Source of the DNA: Collinsella sp.
GTDB lineage: Bacteria; Actinomycetota; Coriobacteriia; Coriobacteriales; Coriobacteriaceae
Assembly: GCA_048368115.1 (NCBI GenBank)
Contig: DBGBZQ010000071.1
Span: 1,138 to 65,137, forward strand
Direction of reading: 5' to 3'
DNA: 64,000 bases
This document shows positions 27,760 through 38,024 of the stretch, in pieces; positions within the stretch are counted from its first letter, which is position 1, and each line of letters begins with the position of its first letter. The notes beneath the pieces were generated by a model. That model was not told the origin of the DNA and ran no database searches. It saw only the letters and a program-made list of their open reading frames with translations. The position numbers and the translations under genes were made by a program.

Positions 27760-28800
27760 TTACAGCTCGACGAGCTGGCCGGTCTCGGCGGCCTCCTTGA
27801 TGGCGTTGAGAAGCGTGAGCGTCTTGACGTTATCGGCGGGGGTTACGACGGGCTCGACCTCGCGGCGGACAACCTTCACAAAGTGCTTGAGCTGCATCTT
27901 GTGCGGCAGTGCCGGGTCGACAGCCGGAATCTCCATCTGCAGCGGCTTGTGCCAGTTGGAGGCGCCGTCGTAGGAGAACTGGTGCAGGCGGGGCAGCGAC
28001 AGGGCGCCCTTAGTGCCGCCGATAAAGTAGGCGTCGGCGTCGAAGGGGCGGTACTGCGGATCCTCGCGAGCGGTGGCCTCCCAGTTCCAGGGGCTGGCGG
28101 TGGCGTCGGAGATGGTCATGCTTGCGAGCGCGCCATCGGCAAAACGGACGTTGACCACGGCGGAGTCCTCGGTCTCAAAACCGCGGGCGGCGCTGGACTG
28201 CATACCCTGGACGGCAACGGGCTCGCCCAGCAGGTAGCGGAGCAGGTCGACGTCGTGCACCAGGTTGACCAGGATCGGGCCGGCACCCTTCTTGCGACGC
28301 CACTCGACATCAAAGTACTCGTCATTCTTATAGATCATGTAGTGGAAGCTCGACACGGTGAGCTTGCCCAGCTCGCCGGACTCGATGATCTCCTTGGCCT
28401 TGTTGACGAAGGGGTTGTGGCGACGGTGCTGACCCACGAGTACGGGCACGCCGGCGGTCTCGGCCTCGGCGGCGAAGGCCTGGGCATCTTCCAGGTCGTT
28501 GGAGATCGGCTTTTCGACCAGCGGCACGATATTGCGCTTCACAGCCTCGCGGGCAACGCCCAGGTGCAGGTCGTTGGGGGTGGCGATAATGACGGCCTCG
28601 GGCTTGACTTCGTCCATCATCTGGGCGGGATCGGTATAAAACGGCACGCCGGCGGCCTCGGCCGTGGCGCGGGCGCCCTCAAAGGCGTCGGCGATGGCGA
28701 CGAGCTCGGCCTCGGGCTCCTCGGTGACAAAGCGGATGTGGTTGCGGCCCATGGCGCCGGCGCCGATAACGGCAATGCGGACGGGGTTGAGCTCAGACAT
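27760..28800 (-). CDS. Gfo/Idh/MocA family oxidoreductase
   Basis: IGAGAMG, IATPNDLH, VEKP, GQHRRHNP, HDVD. Confidence 0.88.
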   Translation of the reverse strand: MSELNPVRIAVIGAGAMGRNHIRFVTEEPEAELVAIADAFEGARATAEAAGVPFYTDPAQMMDEVKPEAVIIATPNDLHLGVAREAVKRNIVPLVEKPISNDLEDAQAFAAEAETAGVPVLVGQHRRHNPFVNKAKEIIESGELGKLTVSSFHYMIYKNDEYFDVEWRRKKGAGPILVNLVHDVDLLRYLLGEPVAVQGMQSSAARGFETEDSAVVNVRFADGALASMTISDATASPWNWEATAREDPQYRPFDADAYFIGGTKGALSLPRLHQFSYDGASNWHKPLQMEIPAVDPALPHKMQLKHFVKVVRREVEPVVTPADNVKTLTLLNAIKEAAETGQLVEL

Positions 28801-28828
28801 TTCGACTCCTTAATGCTGGTGACCGATG

Positions 28829-28860
28829 GAATGTGACAAAGGGGCAGTCCCTTTGTCACA
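28829..28860. repeat. REP-like palindrome family A
   Basis: GAATGTGACAAAGGGGCAGTCCCTTTGTCACA. Confidence 0.85.
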
Positions 28861-28869
28861 GCGGTAAAA

Positions 28870-30126
28870 CTAGGCGGACTTCTTCTTGCTGTCGGAGACC
28901 ATCATGTAGACGGTGAGCACGACGGCGATGGCGGCGATCACGATGGCGCCGTAGAAGGACTGCTGGTAGGCGGCGCTGCCGGCCTCGGCGTGATACAGCA
29001 CGGCGGTGATGGGCTGGCTGATCCAGGTGGAAGCGGCGTAGCCCAAAAACATGATGCCGTAGTTGACGCCGATGTTGCTGGTGCCAAAGGCGCCACCGGT
29101 GAGCGGCGGGTAGATGACGAGCAGGGCGCCAAAGCTAAAGCCGAGCAGGGCGAGCGCCACAAAGAACATGGCCTGCGTAAAGCTCATCGACATGATGACG
29201 AGGGCGACGATGGTGACGACAAGGCTGATGAGCAGCGACTTGTAGGCGCCGAGCTTGTCGATGATCTGGCCAAAGGACAGACGGCCAACCAGGTTGGCGC
29301 AGGTGTTGACGGAGACTACCACACCGCCGAGGGCGACGGCCGCGGCGCTCGTGGGGTCGGCGAAGAGCTGGACGGCGGCGATGGAGGCAACCTTGCCGAC
29401 GAGCAGGGTGCCCGCGGTGGCGGCAAAGGCGAAGGTGACGATGAGGACCCAGAAGCGCGGGGTCTTGACCATCTCGCCCGGGGTGAGGTCACCGAAGGTG
29501 CCGGCGTGCGCGCCGCCCTTGGGGGCCTCGAAGCCCTCGGGCAGCCAGCCGGCCTCGGGGGCCTTCAGGAACAGGGCGGAGGCGGCGATCGTCACAAAAA
29601 AGATGACGCCGAGCGCCTTGAGGGCGCCAAAGATGCCCAGGCTCGGGATGAGCAGCGAGGCGAGCACCGGGGACAGCACGGCGGGACCGGCGGTCGAAGC
29701 GGCCAGGGTGATGCCGGAGGCGAGACCCTTCTTGTCGATGAACCACTTTTGGCCGGTGGTGAGCGCCGGGTTATAGCCCAGACCGTTGCCGACGGCGGCG
29801 ACGAGTGAGAACCACAGGTAGAACTGCCACGGCTCGGTGACGGTGCCGGACATGAACCAGCCCACGCCGTAGCACACGGCGGCGGCGATCACAACGTTGC
29901 GCGGGCCGATCTTATCGGAGATACGGCCGGCGAAGATGCCCGTCACGGCCATGATGGTCTGGAAGACGGGAAAAGCCCAGGTAAGGGCGCTCGACCACTC
30001 GGGGTAGACGGCGAGCAGGTTCTTGCTCACGACAGAATACAGCGCGATGGAGCTGATGAAGAACATGGTGACGCACGCGGCGGAAAGCACGACGGCGCGA
30101 CCCTTGTTGGAGTTGCTGGAAGCCAT
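28870..30126 (-). CDS. MFS transporter (OFA-like)
   Basis: About 12 TMs, GRISDKIGPR, KWFIDKKGLASG. Confidence 0.85.
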   Translation of the reverse strand: MASSNSNKGRAVVLSAACVTMFFISSIALYSVVSKNLLAVYPEWSSALTWAFPVFQTIMAVTGIFAGRISDKIGPRNVVIAAAVCYGVGWFMSGTVTEPWQFYLWFSLVAAVGNGLGYNPALTTGQKWFIDKKGLASGITLAASTAGPAVLSPVLASLLIPSLGIFGALKALGVIFFVTIAASALFLKAPEAGWLPEGFEAPKGGAHAGTFGDLTPGEMVKTPRFWVLIVTFAFAATAGTLLVGKVASIAAVQLFADPTSAAAVALGGVVVSVNTCANLVGRLSFGQIIDKLGAYKSLLISLVVTIVALVIMSMSFTQAMFFVALALLGFSFGALLVIYPPLTGGAFGTSNIGVNYGIMFLGYAASTWISQPITAVLYHAEAGSAAYQQSFYGAIVIAAIAVVLTVYMMVSDSKKKSA

Positions 30127-30191
30127 TGGACTCTTTCTAATCGATGTGGGAGAGGAGCGGTCGTATCCGCGGGCCTCCCTGTTAGGTTGGT

Positions 30192-31073
30192 TTACTGGTC
30201 AGTTGGCTTGGCGACGCCGGACTCATCGGACCAAAGCTCGACACCCTTGTTCTTAAGGTAGTTGTCGGCATAGGCGCGACGGCCGCCGGGCTTGGCGGTG
30301 AGGTCGCCCATCATGTTGGAGAAGCCGCCGTCGACCTTGATGGCGTCGCCGGTGGTAAAGTCCGAGCGCTTGGACGCCAGGAACATGACGGCGTTGGCGA
30401 TATCGCTGACCTCGCCGATGCGGCGCGTGGCGATCAGACGGCTGCGGCTCTTTTCGACCTCGGGGTCGGCGTAGAAGTTGGCCGACATCGGGGTCTTAAC
30501 GAAGCAGGGCTCGACGCAGTTGGAGCGCACGCCGTAGGGGCCCCACTCGGCAGCCAGCATCTTGGACATCATGTTGACGCCGGCCTTGGTAGAGCTGTAC
30601 ACGCCCGAGAACGTCTCGGGGGAGTGGCTGGCGACGGTCGAGATGTGCACCAGGCGGCCCTGGCCGGCCTTGATCATCTCGCGACCAAAGCGCTGCGAGG
30701 TGATGAAGTAACCGGTGAGGTTGACGTTGAGCACCTGCTCCCAGTCGCTCAGCGGCAGGTCCTCCATGGCGGCGAAGCGCAGGATGCCGGCGGTGTTGAC
30801 AAGGACGTCGACGCGGCCGAAGTCGGCGATGGTGGCATCGACGGCGGCCTGAACCTCGGCCTCGTCGGTGGCGTTCATCTTGTAGCCCTCGGCGTGGATG
30901 CCAAACTCGGCGGCGAGGTCGGCGGCTGCGGCCTTGACCTTCTCCTCGTCCAGGTCGAGCAGGACGACGTTGGCGCCGTTGCGGGCGAACTCGCGGCAAA
31001 TCTCGACGCCCATACCGCCGAGCGCGCCGGTCACGGCGCAGACATCGCCCTCGAGCTTAAGCCAATTGCTCAT
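30192..31073 (-). CDS. Short-chain dehydrogenase/reductase
   Basis: TGALGGMG, VNTAG, YSSTK. Confidence 0.9.
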   Translation of the reverse strand: MSNWLKLEGDVCAVTGALGGMGVEICREFARNGANVVLLDLDEEKVKAAAADLAAEFGIHAEGYKMNATDEAEVQAAVDATIADFGRVDVLVNTAGILRFAAMEDLPLSDWEQVLNVNLTGYFITSQRFGREMIKAGQGRLVHISTVASHSPETFSGVYSSTKAGVNMMSKMLAAEWGPYGVRSNCVEPCFVKTPMSANFYADPEVEKSRSRLIATRRIGEVSDIANAVMFLASKRSDFTTGDAIKVDGGFSNMMGDLTAKPGGRRAYADNYLKNKGVELWSDESGVAKPTDQ

Positions 31074-31305
31074 AGGAACTTCCCTTCTTGTGCCTCCCGG
31101 TGGGTCGCTCCCATTAACCGACCCACGTGGTTTTCGCTGGTTATCGTATGCTTTGCATTTGCGCAGGTGAATTGCATATTTGTTAGAATGGCGTTAACCG
31201 TAGGTTTATACTGTGCGATGCAGTTTTTCTCAATCGAGCGCGTGACCTGCCAAAACGACCCCCTGTGGCGCCATGCGTTCACAGGCGCGAAAACGGGAGA
31301 TTGAC

Positions 31306-32184
31306 GTGTACGATCGACGACTCGAGGCCATATCGGCCGCCGCGGAGCTGGGAAGCTTCTCACGTGCGGCGGCAAAATTGCGCGTGTCGACCCCGGCGCT
31401 CGTCAAACAGGTGTCGGGTTTCGAGGCCGAGTTTGGCATCACGTTGTTCGAGCGCTCGCATTCGGGTGTTAAGGTGACGCCGGCGGGCGCTCTGCTGGTG
31501 GACGACGCGCGCTCGATCATGCGGCAGTCCGAGGACGCGCTGCGCCGCGCCCGACGCGCGGCGGGCGATGGCGGTGCCGTGCGTCTGGGTGTGTCGATGA
31601 TGTGCCCGGGGCGCCAAACGCTGTCGATGTGGTCGGGCGTACACGAGCTGGAACCGTCGCTGCGATTTGAGATCGTGCCGGTGAGCGACCTCTATGACGA
31701 GCGCGAGACCGTCATGCGCAGCCTCGGTCGCGAGGTCGATGTGGTGCAGTCGAGTTTTTCGACCCCGCGCTGGGGTGACGCCTGCCAAAAGCTCCGCATT
31801 GTCAACGTGCCGTTTTATATCGACCTGCCGCGCACGAGCCCGCTGGCGCGCAAGAATCGCATCACGGTTGCCGACCTGGAGGGTATGCGTCTGCGCGTGC
31901 TCCGCCACGGCAACGACGCTATGGACAGCCTGCGTATCGATCTGTTGGCCGACGGCGGCGTAGACGTGATCGACGTGGACAGCTTTGACTTTGCGCTCTT
32001 TAACGAGGCAGAGGAAAAGGGCGACGCGGTGCTCACCTGCGGCGCATGGTCGGGGGTGCACCCGGCCTTTGTGGGCGTGCCGTTCCTGTGCGGGCGAGAG
32101 GTGCCGGTCTTTTTGCACTATCCGCTCGAGCCCACCCTCCAAGTCCAGAAATTCGTCAACGCCATGGCACAACTTCTCAAATAA
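31306..32184 (+). CDS. LysR family regulator, divergent from the SDR operon
   Basis: GSFSRAAAKLRVSTPALVKQV...LFERS...TPAG. Confidence 0.9.
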   Translation: MYDRRLEAISAAAELGSFSRAAAKLRVSTPALVKQVSGFEAEFGITLFERSHSGVKVTPAGALLVDDARSIMRQSEDALRRARRAAGDGGAVRLGVSMMCPGRQTLSMWSGVHELEPSLRFEIVPVSDLYDERETVMRSLGREVDVVQSSFSTPRWGDACQKLRIVNVPFYIDLPRTSPLARKNRITVADLEGMRLRVLRHGNDAMDSLRIDLLADGGVDVIDVDSFDFALFNEAEEKGDAVLTCGAWSGVHPAFVGVPFLCGREVPVFLHYPLEPTLQVQKFVNAMAQLLK

Positions 32185-32305
32185 CTATCGTGTCGATGAT
32201 TCTTTAATCCCCGTCCTAGAAAAATCATCTGGTAGAGTTGACCTCACGTGAATTTCAGCACACTGCGTGCTACCTGCACTTTTGTCATTTGGGGGGAGTG
32301 AACTT

Positions 32306-33397
32306 GTGAATACCTCTGTCGCCAAGAAAGCCAGCCGGGCGGTGCGCCTGCTCATGATGGTGCTCACGGCAGTTCTCATCTTCTTCTTCATCAATGTTAT
32401 GCTGCTCGTCTCCGATATCCAGGGCACGGCGCGCGTGGTCAACTATGCCGGTTTGGTGCGCGGTACCACGCAGCGAATCGTTAAGCTCGAGGACGCGGGT
32501 CAACCTCAAGATGACCTGCTCAAAGCCGTGGATTCATACATCAACGGTTTGCGTTACGGAAGTGATGACCTCAACCTCGTCCGTCTCGACGACGACGAGT
32601 ATCAGGCAAAGATGACCGAGCTTGCAAACTATTTTGATGAGCTTTGCGCCGAGATCAGCCGCGTGCGCGAAGTCGGCTACGAGAACACCGACATCATCTC
32701 CATGAGCGAGGAGTTCTTTGGCATTTGCGACGATGCTACGCGACTCGCAGAGGACTACTCTCAGGAGAAGGCGTCGGCGCTCAACTATCTCGAGGGTCTG
32801 GTGATCATCGATATCGTTGGTTTGGTGGCGACCTTTGCGGTTGAACTTGCTCGCGCGGTGCGCACTGCCGCGCTCAATCGCGAGCTGCAGAGCAAAGTCT
32901 ATCTCGACGAAGCCACGGGACTGCCCAACAAGAACAAGTGCGAGGAGATCTTGGGGCAGGAGCGGCCTGTCTCCGCGGAGGCGCCCGTTGCGGTGTGCGT
33001 CTTCGACCTTAACAATCTGCATACGGTCAATAACAACTTCGGCCACGAGAAGGGCGACGAATACATCCGTTCTTTTGCCCAGCAGCTGGGGTGCGTGGCG
33101 TCCGAGACCTGCTTTGTGGGCCGCGACGGTGGCGATGAGTTTATCGCGGTGCTGTGGGATGTCGATCGAGCTGCCGTGGAGTCCTGTCTCGCTCGGGTTC
33201 GTGCGAACGTGAACGAGTATTCCGAGGCTCATCCCGACATGCCTATCAGCTATGCGGTGGGCTACGCGCTTTCCAGTGATTTTGATGAACCGCCTACGAT
33301 GCGCGAGCTCTTTTCCCAGGCCGACAAAAACATGTACATCGACAAGAACCGCGTAAAGACAGCCGAGGCGGCCGGGCCGCAACGCGAGGAACGGTAA
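32306..33397 (+). CDS. Membrane GGDEF diguanylate cyclase with a NarX/PilJ-like sensor domain
   Basis: Two TMs; DEATGLPN, DLNNL, VNNNFGHEKGD, GGDEF, ADKNMY. Confidence 0.85.
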   Translation: MNTSVAKKASRAVRLLMMVLTAVLIFFFINVMLLVSDIQGTARVVNYAGLVRGTTQRIVKLEDAGQPQDDLLKAVDSYINGLRYGSDDLNLVRLDDDEYQAKMTELANYFDELCAEISRVREVGYENTDIISMSEEFFGICDDATRLAEDYSQEKASALNYLEGLVIIDIVGLVATFAVELARAVRTAALNRELQSKVYLDEATGLPNKNKCEEILGQERPVSAEAPVAVCVFDLNNLHTVNNNFGHEKGDEYIRSFAQQLGCVASETCFVGRDGGDEFIAVLWDVDRAAVESCLARVRANVNEYSEAHPDMPISYAVGYALSSDFDEPPTMRELFSQADKNMYIDKNRVKTAEAAGPQREER

Positions 33398-33418
33398 GCT
33401 TGTAACGAAGATCATAGA

Positions 33419-33455
33419 AAAGCCTCCGCAGCTCATGCGTGCTGCGGAGGCTTTA
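33419..33455. terminator. Bidirectional terminator-like hairpin
   Basis: AAAGCCTCCGCAGC-loop-GCTGCGGAGGCTTT between convergent genes. Confidence 0.7.
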
Positions 33456-33577
33456 TTCGTTGCGGTGCATTGTGTTTGGGTCGTTGAGATGAGTCGATTT
33501 GCCCCGAAAGAGGAGGGCATTGACCTTAGGGTCATGCACGACGAATGAGCGGCAAATCGGCATCTCGGCGAGCCGAA

Positions 33578-35497
33578 CTACTCCAGCTCAAATGCTCCGG
33601 TATAGAGCTGATAGTAATACCCGCGCTTGGCGATCAGCTCGTCGTGGTTGCCGCGCTCGATGATGCGGCCGTGGTCCAGGCAGATGATCGCGTCGGAGTT
33701 GCGCACGGTGGAGAGGCGGTGCGCGATGACAAACGTCGTGCGGCCCTCCATGAGCTTGTCCATGCCCGCCTGCACGATGGCCTCGGTGCGGGTGTCGATG
33801 GAGCTCGTGGCCTCGTCCAGAATCATTGCCGGCGGATCGGCGACGGCAGCGCGTGCGATCGAGATCAGCTGGCGCTGGCCCTGCGACAGCTGGGCGCCGT
33901 TGCCGGTGAGCATCGTGTCGTAGCCGTCGGGCAGGCGGGTGATAAAGTCGTCGGCGCCCGCGAGCTTGGCCGCCGCGATGCACTCCTCGTCGGTCGCATC
34001 CAGGTTGCCGTAGCGGATGTTATCCATCACGGTGCCGGTGAACAGGTTCACGTCCTGCAGCACCACGCCCAGCGAGCGGCGCAGATCGGCCTTGCGGATC
34101 TTGTTGACGTTGATGCCGTCGTAGCGAATCTTGCCGTCGGCGATGTCATAGAAGCGGTTGATGAGGTTGGTGATGGTCGTCTTACCGGCACCGGTGGCGC
34201 CGACAAACGCGACCTTCTGGCCCGGCTTGGCAAACACGGACACGCCGTGCAGCACTTCGTGGTCGGGCGTGTAGCCAAAGTCGACGTTGTCCATGACCAG
34301 GTCGCCGCGCAGCGGCACGTACTCGATCTCGCCAGTTGCGCGGTGCGGATGTTTCCACGCCCACATGCCGGTGTGGTGGTCGGCCTCCTCGAGCTGCCAG
34401 GTATCGGGGTTCACCTGCGCGTTGACGAGCGTCACGTAGCCTTCGTCGGTCTCGGGCTTCTCGTCGATGAGCTCAAAGATACGGTCGGCGCCGGCGAGGC
34501 CCATGACCACGGCGTTGATCTGCTGCGAGATCTGACCGATCTGTCCGCAGAATTGCTTGGTCATGTTGAGGAACGGCACCACGACGGCGATGGACAGCGC
34601 CATGCCCGAGATGCTCAGGTTGGGCACGCCTAGCGCCAGGAAAATGCCGCCTGCCAGTGCGACCAGCACGTAGAGCAGGTTGCCCAGGTTCATAAGGATG
34701 GGCATGAGGATGTTGGCGTACATGTTGGCCTTCTGCGAGACCTCGAAGAGCTTTTCGTTGCGCTCGTCAAAATCGGCCTCGGCGGCAGACTCGTGGCAGA
34801 ATGCCTTGACGACCTTCTGGCCGTTCATGACTTCCTCGATATGGCCCTCGACCACGCCGAGCTCGGACTGCTGCGCAATAAAGAAACGCGCGGAGTTGGA
34901 GCCGAGCAGCTTGGTCATAAAGGTCATAAAGACGACGCCGGCCACAATGACCAGGCACATCCACACGCTGTAGTACAGCATGATAAAGAATACCGTGACG
35001 ATGACGATGGTCGTCATGAGCAGGTTGGGCAGCGACTGGCTGATCATCTGGCGCAGCGTGTCGATGTCGTTGGTGTAGTGGCTCATGATGTCGCCGCGCT
35101 GGTGCGTGTCGAAGTAGCGAATCGGCAGGTCCTGCATGCGGTTGAACATCTTCTCGCGCAGCTTCTCGAGTGAGCCCTGCGTGACGATGGCCATGGCGCG
35201 GTTCCAGAAGAGCGAAGACAGGATGCCGACGCCGTAGATGCAGGCGAGGGTGGTCACGAGCTGTGCGATCTTGGGCTGTGCGGCTTCCCAATCGCCCGAC
35301 TGCCACGATTCGCTAATAATCTGCAGGGCGCTCTGAAGGAAGGTCGCGCCGATGGAGTTGATGATGGCGCAGAGCACCACGCCGACGACGACGAGGGGCA
35401 AAAGCACGGGGTAGAAGCCAAAGAGCGTCTTGATGAGGCGCGACATGGTGCCGCCCTTGCGGTTGAGCGCGCGCTCGGCGGTCGTTGCCTTACTCAT
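33578..35497 (-). CDS. Heterodimeric ABC exporter subunit (TM288-like)
   Basis: GATGAGKT, LSQGQRQL, ILDEATSSID; start MSKATT overlaps the upstream stop. Confidence 0.9.
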   Translation of the reverse strand: MSKATTAERALNRKGGTMSRLIKTLFGFYPVLLPLVVVGVVLCAIINSIGATFLQSALQIISESWQSGDWEAAQPKIAQLVTTLACIYGVGILSSLFWNRAMAIVTQGSLEKLREKMFNRMQDLPIRYFDTHQRGDIMSHYTNDIDTLRQMISQSLPNLLMTTIVIVTVFFIMLYYSVWMCLVIVAGVVFMTFMTKLLGSNSARFFIAQQSELGVVEGHIEEVMNGQKVVKAFCHESAAEADFDERNEKLFEVSQKANMYANILMPILMNLGNLLYVLVALAGGIFLALGVPNLSISGMALSIAVVVPFLNMTKQFCGQIGQISQQINAVVMGLAGADRIFELIDEKPETDEGYVTLVNAQVNPDTWQLEEADHHTGMWAWKHPHRATGEIEYVPLRGDLVMDNVDFGYTPDHEVLHGVSVFAKPGQKVAFVGATGAGKTTITNLINRFYDIADGKIRYDGINVNKIRKADLRRSLGVVLQDVNLFTGTVMDNIRYGNLDATDEECIAAAKLAGADDFITRLPDGYDTMLTGNGAQLSQGQRQLISIARAAVADPPAMILDEATSSIDTRTEAIVQAGMDKLMEGRTTFVIAHRLSTVRNSDAIICLDHGRIIERGNHDELIAKRGYYYQLYTGAFELE

Positions 35498-37304
35498 GTG
35501 CCTCGCCTCCTTCCTGGGTCTGAGCTTGCGTTGTGGATGCCTCGGTGTCGGCCTCGACGGCCCCTTCGCCCTCGGCAGACATCTTGTTTTGCGAGGTAAA
35601 GGTCTCGCGGTAGATCTCGCTCGTCTTAAGCAGCTCGTCATGGTTGCCGATCTGCGCGATGCGGCCGCCCTCCATGACGATGATGCGGTCTGCGTCCTGC
35701 ACGGAGCTAATACGCTGGGCGATGATGAGCTTGGTCGTGTTGGGCAGATAGCTTGCCAACCCTGCGCGGATCTTGGCGTCGGTCTTGGTGTCGACGGCGC
35801 TGGTGGAGTCGTCCAGGATCAAGATCTTGGGGCGACGCAGCAGGGCGCGCGCAATGCATAGGCGCTGCTTCTGACCGCCGGAAACATTGGAGCCGCCCTG
35901 CTCGATCCAGGTGTCATAGCCTTTGGGGAAGCCGTCGACAAACTCGTCGGCGCAGGCCAGATGTGCCGCCTCGCGGACTTCCTCGTCGGTGGCGTTCGGG
36001 TCGCCCCAGCGCAGGTTCTCGGCGATGGTTCCGCTAAACAGCACGTTTTTCTGCAACACCATGGCCACTTGGTGGCGCAGCGCGTCCAGGTCATAGTCGC
36101 GCACGTCCATGCCACCCACGCGCACGGTGCCCTCGGTGGCGTCGTACAGGCGGGCGATGAGGTTTACGAGCGTGGACTTGGCCGAGCCGGTACCGCCGAT
36201 GATGCCGATGGTCTCGCCGCTCTTAATGTGCAGGTCGATATCGTCGAGCGCCTGGCGCTTCGCATGCGCAGAATACTTAAAGCTCACGTGGTCAAAGTCG
36301 ATGGAACCGTCGACAACCTCGAGCACGGGCTCGGCGGGATCGGCGATCGTGGGCTCGGCGGCCAGCACCTCGGTAATGCGGTGCGCCGATTCGTCGGCCA
36401 TGGTCACCATGACAAAGATCATCGACAGCTGCATCAGGCTCATGAGGATCTGGAAGCCATAGGTAAAGATCGAGGAGAGCTGGCCCACGTCGAACAGCGT
36501 GCCCTGGCTCGTGATGATGAGCTTGGATCCCAGGTAGATGATGACGACAAATGCGCCGTTGACGCAGATGTTCATCATGGGGTTGTTAAAGGCGAGCAGC
36601 TTCTCGGCGCGGGTGAAGTCCATCTGGACGTCGCGCGCGGCGGTGGCGAACTTCTCCTTCTCAAAGTCTTCGCGCACGTAGCTCTTGACCACGCGCATGC
36701 CGGTGACGTTTTCCTCGACGGACTCGTTAAGGGCGTCGTACTTGTGGAACACGCGCGAGAAGATGGGGCGTACCTTAAAGATGATAAAGAACAGTCCAAA
36801 GCCCAGCAGCGGAATGATGACCAGGTAGACCATGGCGACGCTGCCGCCCATGATAAACGCCATGGTAAAGGCGAAGATCAATACCAGCGGCGCACGCACG
36901 GCGATACGGATGATCATCATAAAGGCCTGCTGCACGTTGTTGATGTCGGTGGTCAGACGCGTGACGAGCGAGGAGCTCGAGAACTCATCGATGTTGGCAA
37001 AGCTGAACGTCTGGATTTTGTAGAACAGGTCGTGACGCAGGTTCTTGGCGAAGCCGCAACTCGCGTGGCTGCAGGTGACGCCGGCAGCGGCGCCAAAAGC
37101 CAGCGATGTCAGCGCGATGAGCACCAAAAAGCCCGCGGTGGGAAGCATCTCGGCTACGGTGGTGCCGTCTTTGATGGCGTCGATCAGGTTGGCGGTGATA
37201 AATGGAATCAGCATCTCGCAGAGCACCTCGCCAAGCACGAGCAATGGCGTGGCAACAGTGACTTTCATATAGTCGCGGATGCTGCCCATGAGGGTTTTAA
37301 TCAT
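35490..37304 (-). CDS. Heterodimeric ABC exporter subunit (TM287-like)
   Basis: GGTGSAKS, VSGGQKQR, LDDSTSAVD. Confidence 0.9.
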   Translation of the reverse strand: MIKTLMGSIRDYMKVTVATPLLVLGEVLCEMLIPFITANLIDAIKDGTTVAEMLPTAGFLVLIALTSLAFGAAAGVTCSHASCGFAKNLRHDLFYKIQTFSFANIDEFSSSSLVTRLTTDINNVQQAFMMIIRIAVRAPLVLIFAFTMAFIMGGSVAMVYLVIIPLLGFGLFFIIFKVRPIFSRVFHKYDALNESVEENVTGMRVVKSYVREDFEKEKFATAARDVQMDFTRAEKLLAFNNPMMNICVNGAFVVIIYLGSKLIITSQGTLFDVGQLSSIFTYGFQILMSLMQLSMIFVMVTMADESAHRITEVLAAEPTIADPAEPVLEVVDGSIDFDHVSFKYSAHAKRQALDDIDLHIKSGETIGIIGGTGSAKSTLVNLIARLYDATEGTVRVGGMDVRDYDLDALRHQVAMVLQKNVLFSGTIAENLRWGDPNATDEEVREAAHLACADEFVDGFPKGYDTWIEQGGSNVSGGQKQRLCIARALLRRPKILILDDSTSAVDTKTDAKIRAGLASYLPNTTKLIIAQRISSVQDADRIIVMEGGRIAQIGNHDELLKTSEIYRETFTSQNKMSAEGEGAVEADTEASTTQAQTQEGGEAHE

Positions 37305-37800
37305 CCAGTTCCTCCCAGGTTACACGGATTTTCTCGAGCATTTCGGCGAGGTCCTCGCGCTCGTCGTGGGTGAGCGCGCTAAAGGCCCGTTCTCTAAAGC
37401 GGATGCGGGCCGCCTGGTCGATGCGGGCGTTTTCCCGGCCGGTTTCGGTCAGGCGAATGGTGAGTTGCCGTCGATCCTTGGGGTTACGGCTGCGCTCGAT
37501 GAGGCCGTTGACCTCGAGCTTGGACAGGATCTCGGAAAGCGACCCCGGCTTGAGGTCAAAGTGCATGCCGAGTTCCTGCTGCGACATCTCGCCGCCGGGC
37601 TGCTTGGCCAGCAGGCAGATGATGGGTGCCTTGCCGGACACGCCTCCGCCATGAAAATGCATGTAATGGCCGCAAAAGCCCAGGCCGCTCAGGATGCGTT
37701 TGGCGAGCTTGTCTTCGGCGCTGACCGCTTCGGGCATGTCTGCCGGTTGCAACGGGTCGCCGCCGGGCTCGTGCGGAAGGACGAGTGCTTCAACACACAT
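37297..37800 (-). CDS. MarR family regulator leading the ABC operon
   Basis: SQQEL...SLSEILSKLE..GLIER...DRRQLTIRLTETG. Confidence 0.88.
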   Translation of the reverse strand: MCVEALVLPHEPGGDPLQPADMPEAVSAEDKLAKRILSGLGFCGHYMHFHGGGVSGKAPIICLLAKQPGGEMSQQELGMHFDLKPGSLSEILSKLEVNGLIERSRNPKDRRQLTIRLTETGRENARIDQAARIRFRERAFSALTHDEREDLAEMLEKIRVTWEELDD

Positions 37801-37821
37801 ATCTAAGCTTCGCTCCTTTCC

Positions 37822-37857
37822 TTAGTTAGGTAGAGAAATTGTTTTGTGCCTAACTAA
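37822..37857. promoter_or_regulatory. Candidate MarR operator
   Basis: TTAGTTAGG-N18-CCTAACTAA just upstream of the marR start. Confidence 0.45.
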
Positions 37858-37963
37858 TTTAGGAGCGCATAGATTGATTGTCAAGGTACCAAACTTATTA
37901 TGTTCAAGCGGCACTTAGGGACGTTCCTTATGTGCCGGCACTTGGGGACACTCCTTGTGCTGA

Positions 37964-38019
37964 TAGTCGTTGGGGACGTTCTTGTTTGCCTAGTCATTTA
38001 AGAACGTCCCCAACGACTA
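37964..38019. repeat. REP-like palindrome family C, copy 1
   Basis: TAGTCGTTGGGGACGTTCTT-N16-AAGAACGTCCCCAACGACTA; near-identical copy at 49431. Confidence 0.85.
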
Positions 38020-38024
38020 ACTTA

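Noticed and set aside
30192..31073. Bile-acid hydroxysteroid dehydrogenase call for the SDR
   Set aside because: Only generic SDR motifs are visible, so no substrate-level evidence.
37297..37800. bilQ call for the MarR gene
   Set aside because: It leads an ABC exporter operon about 30 kb from the flavodoxin, with no bilR nearby.
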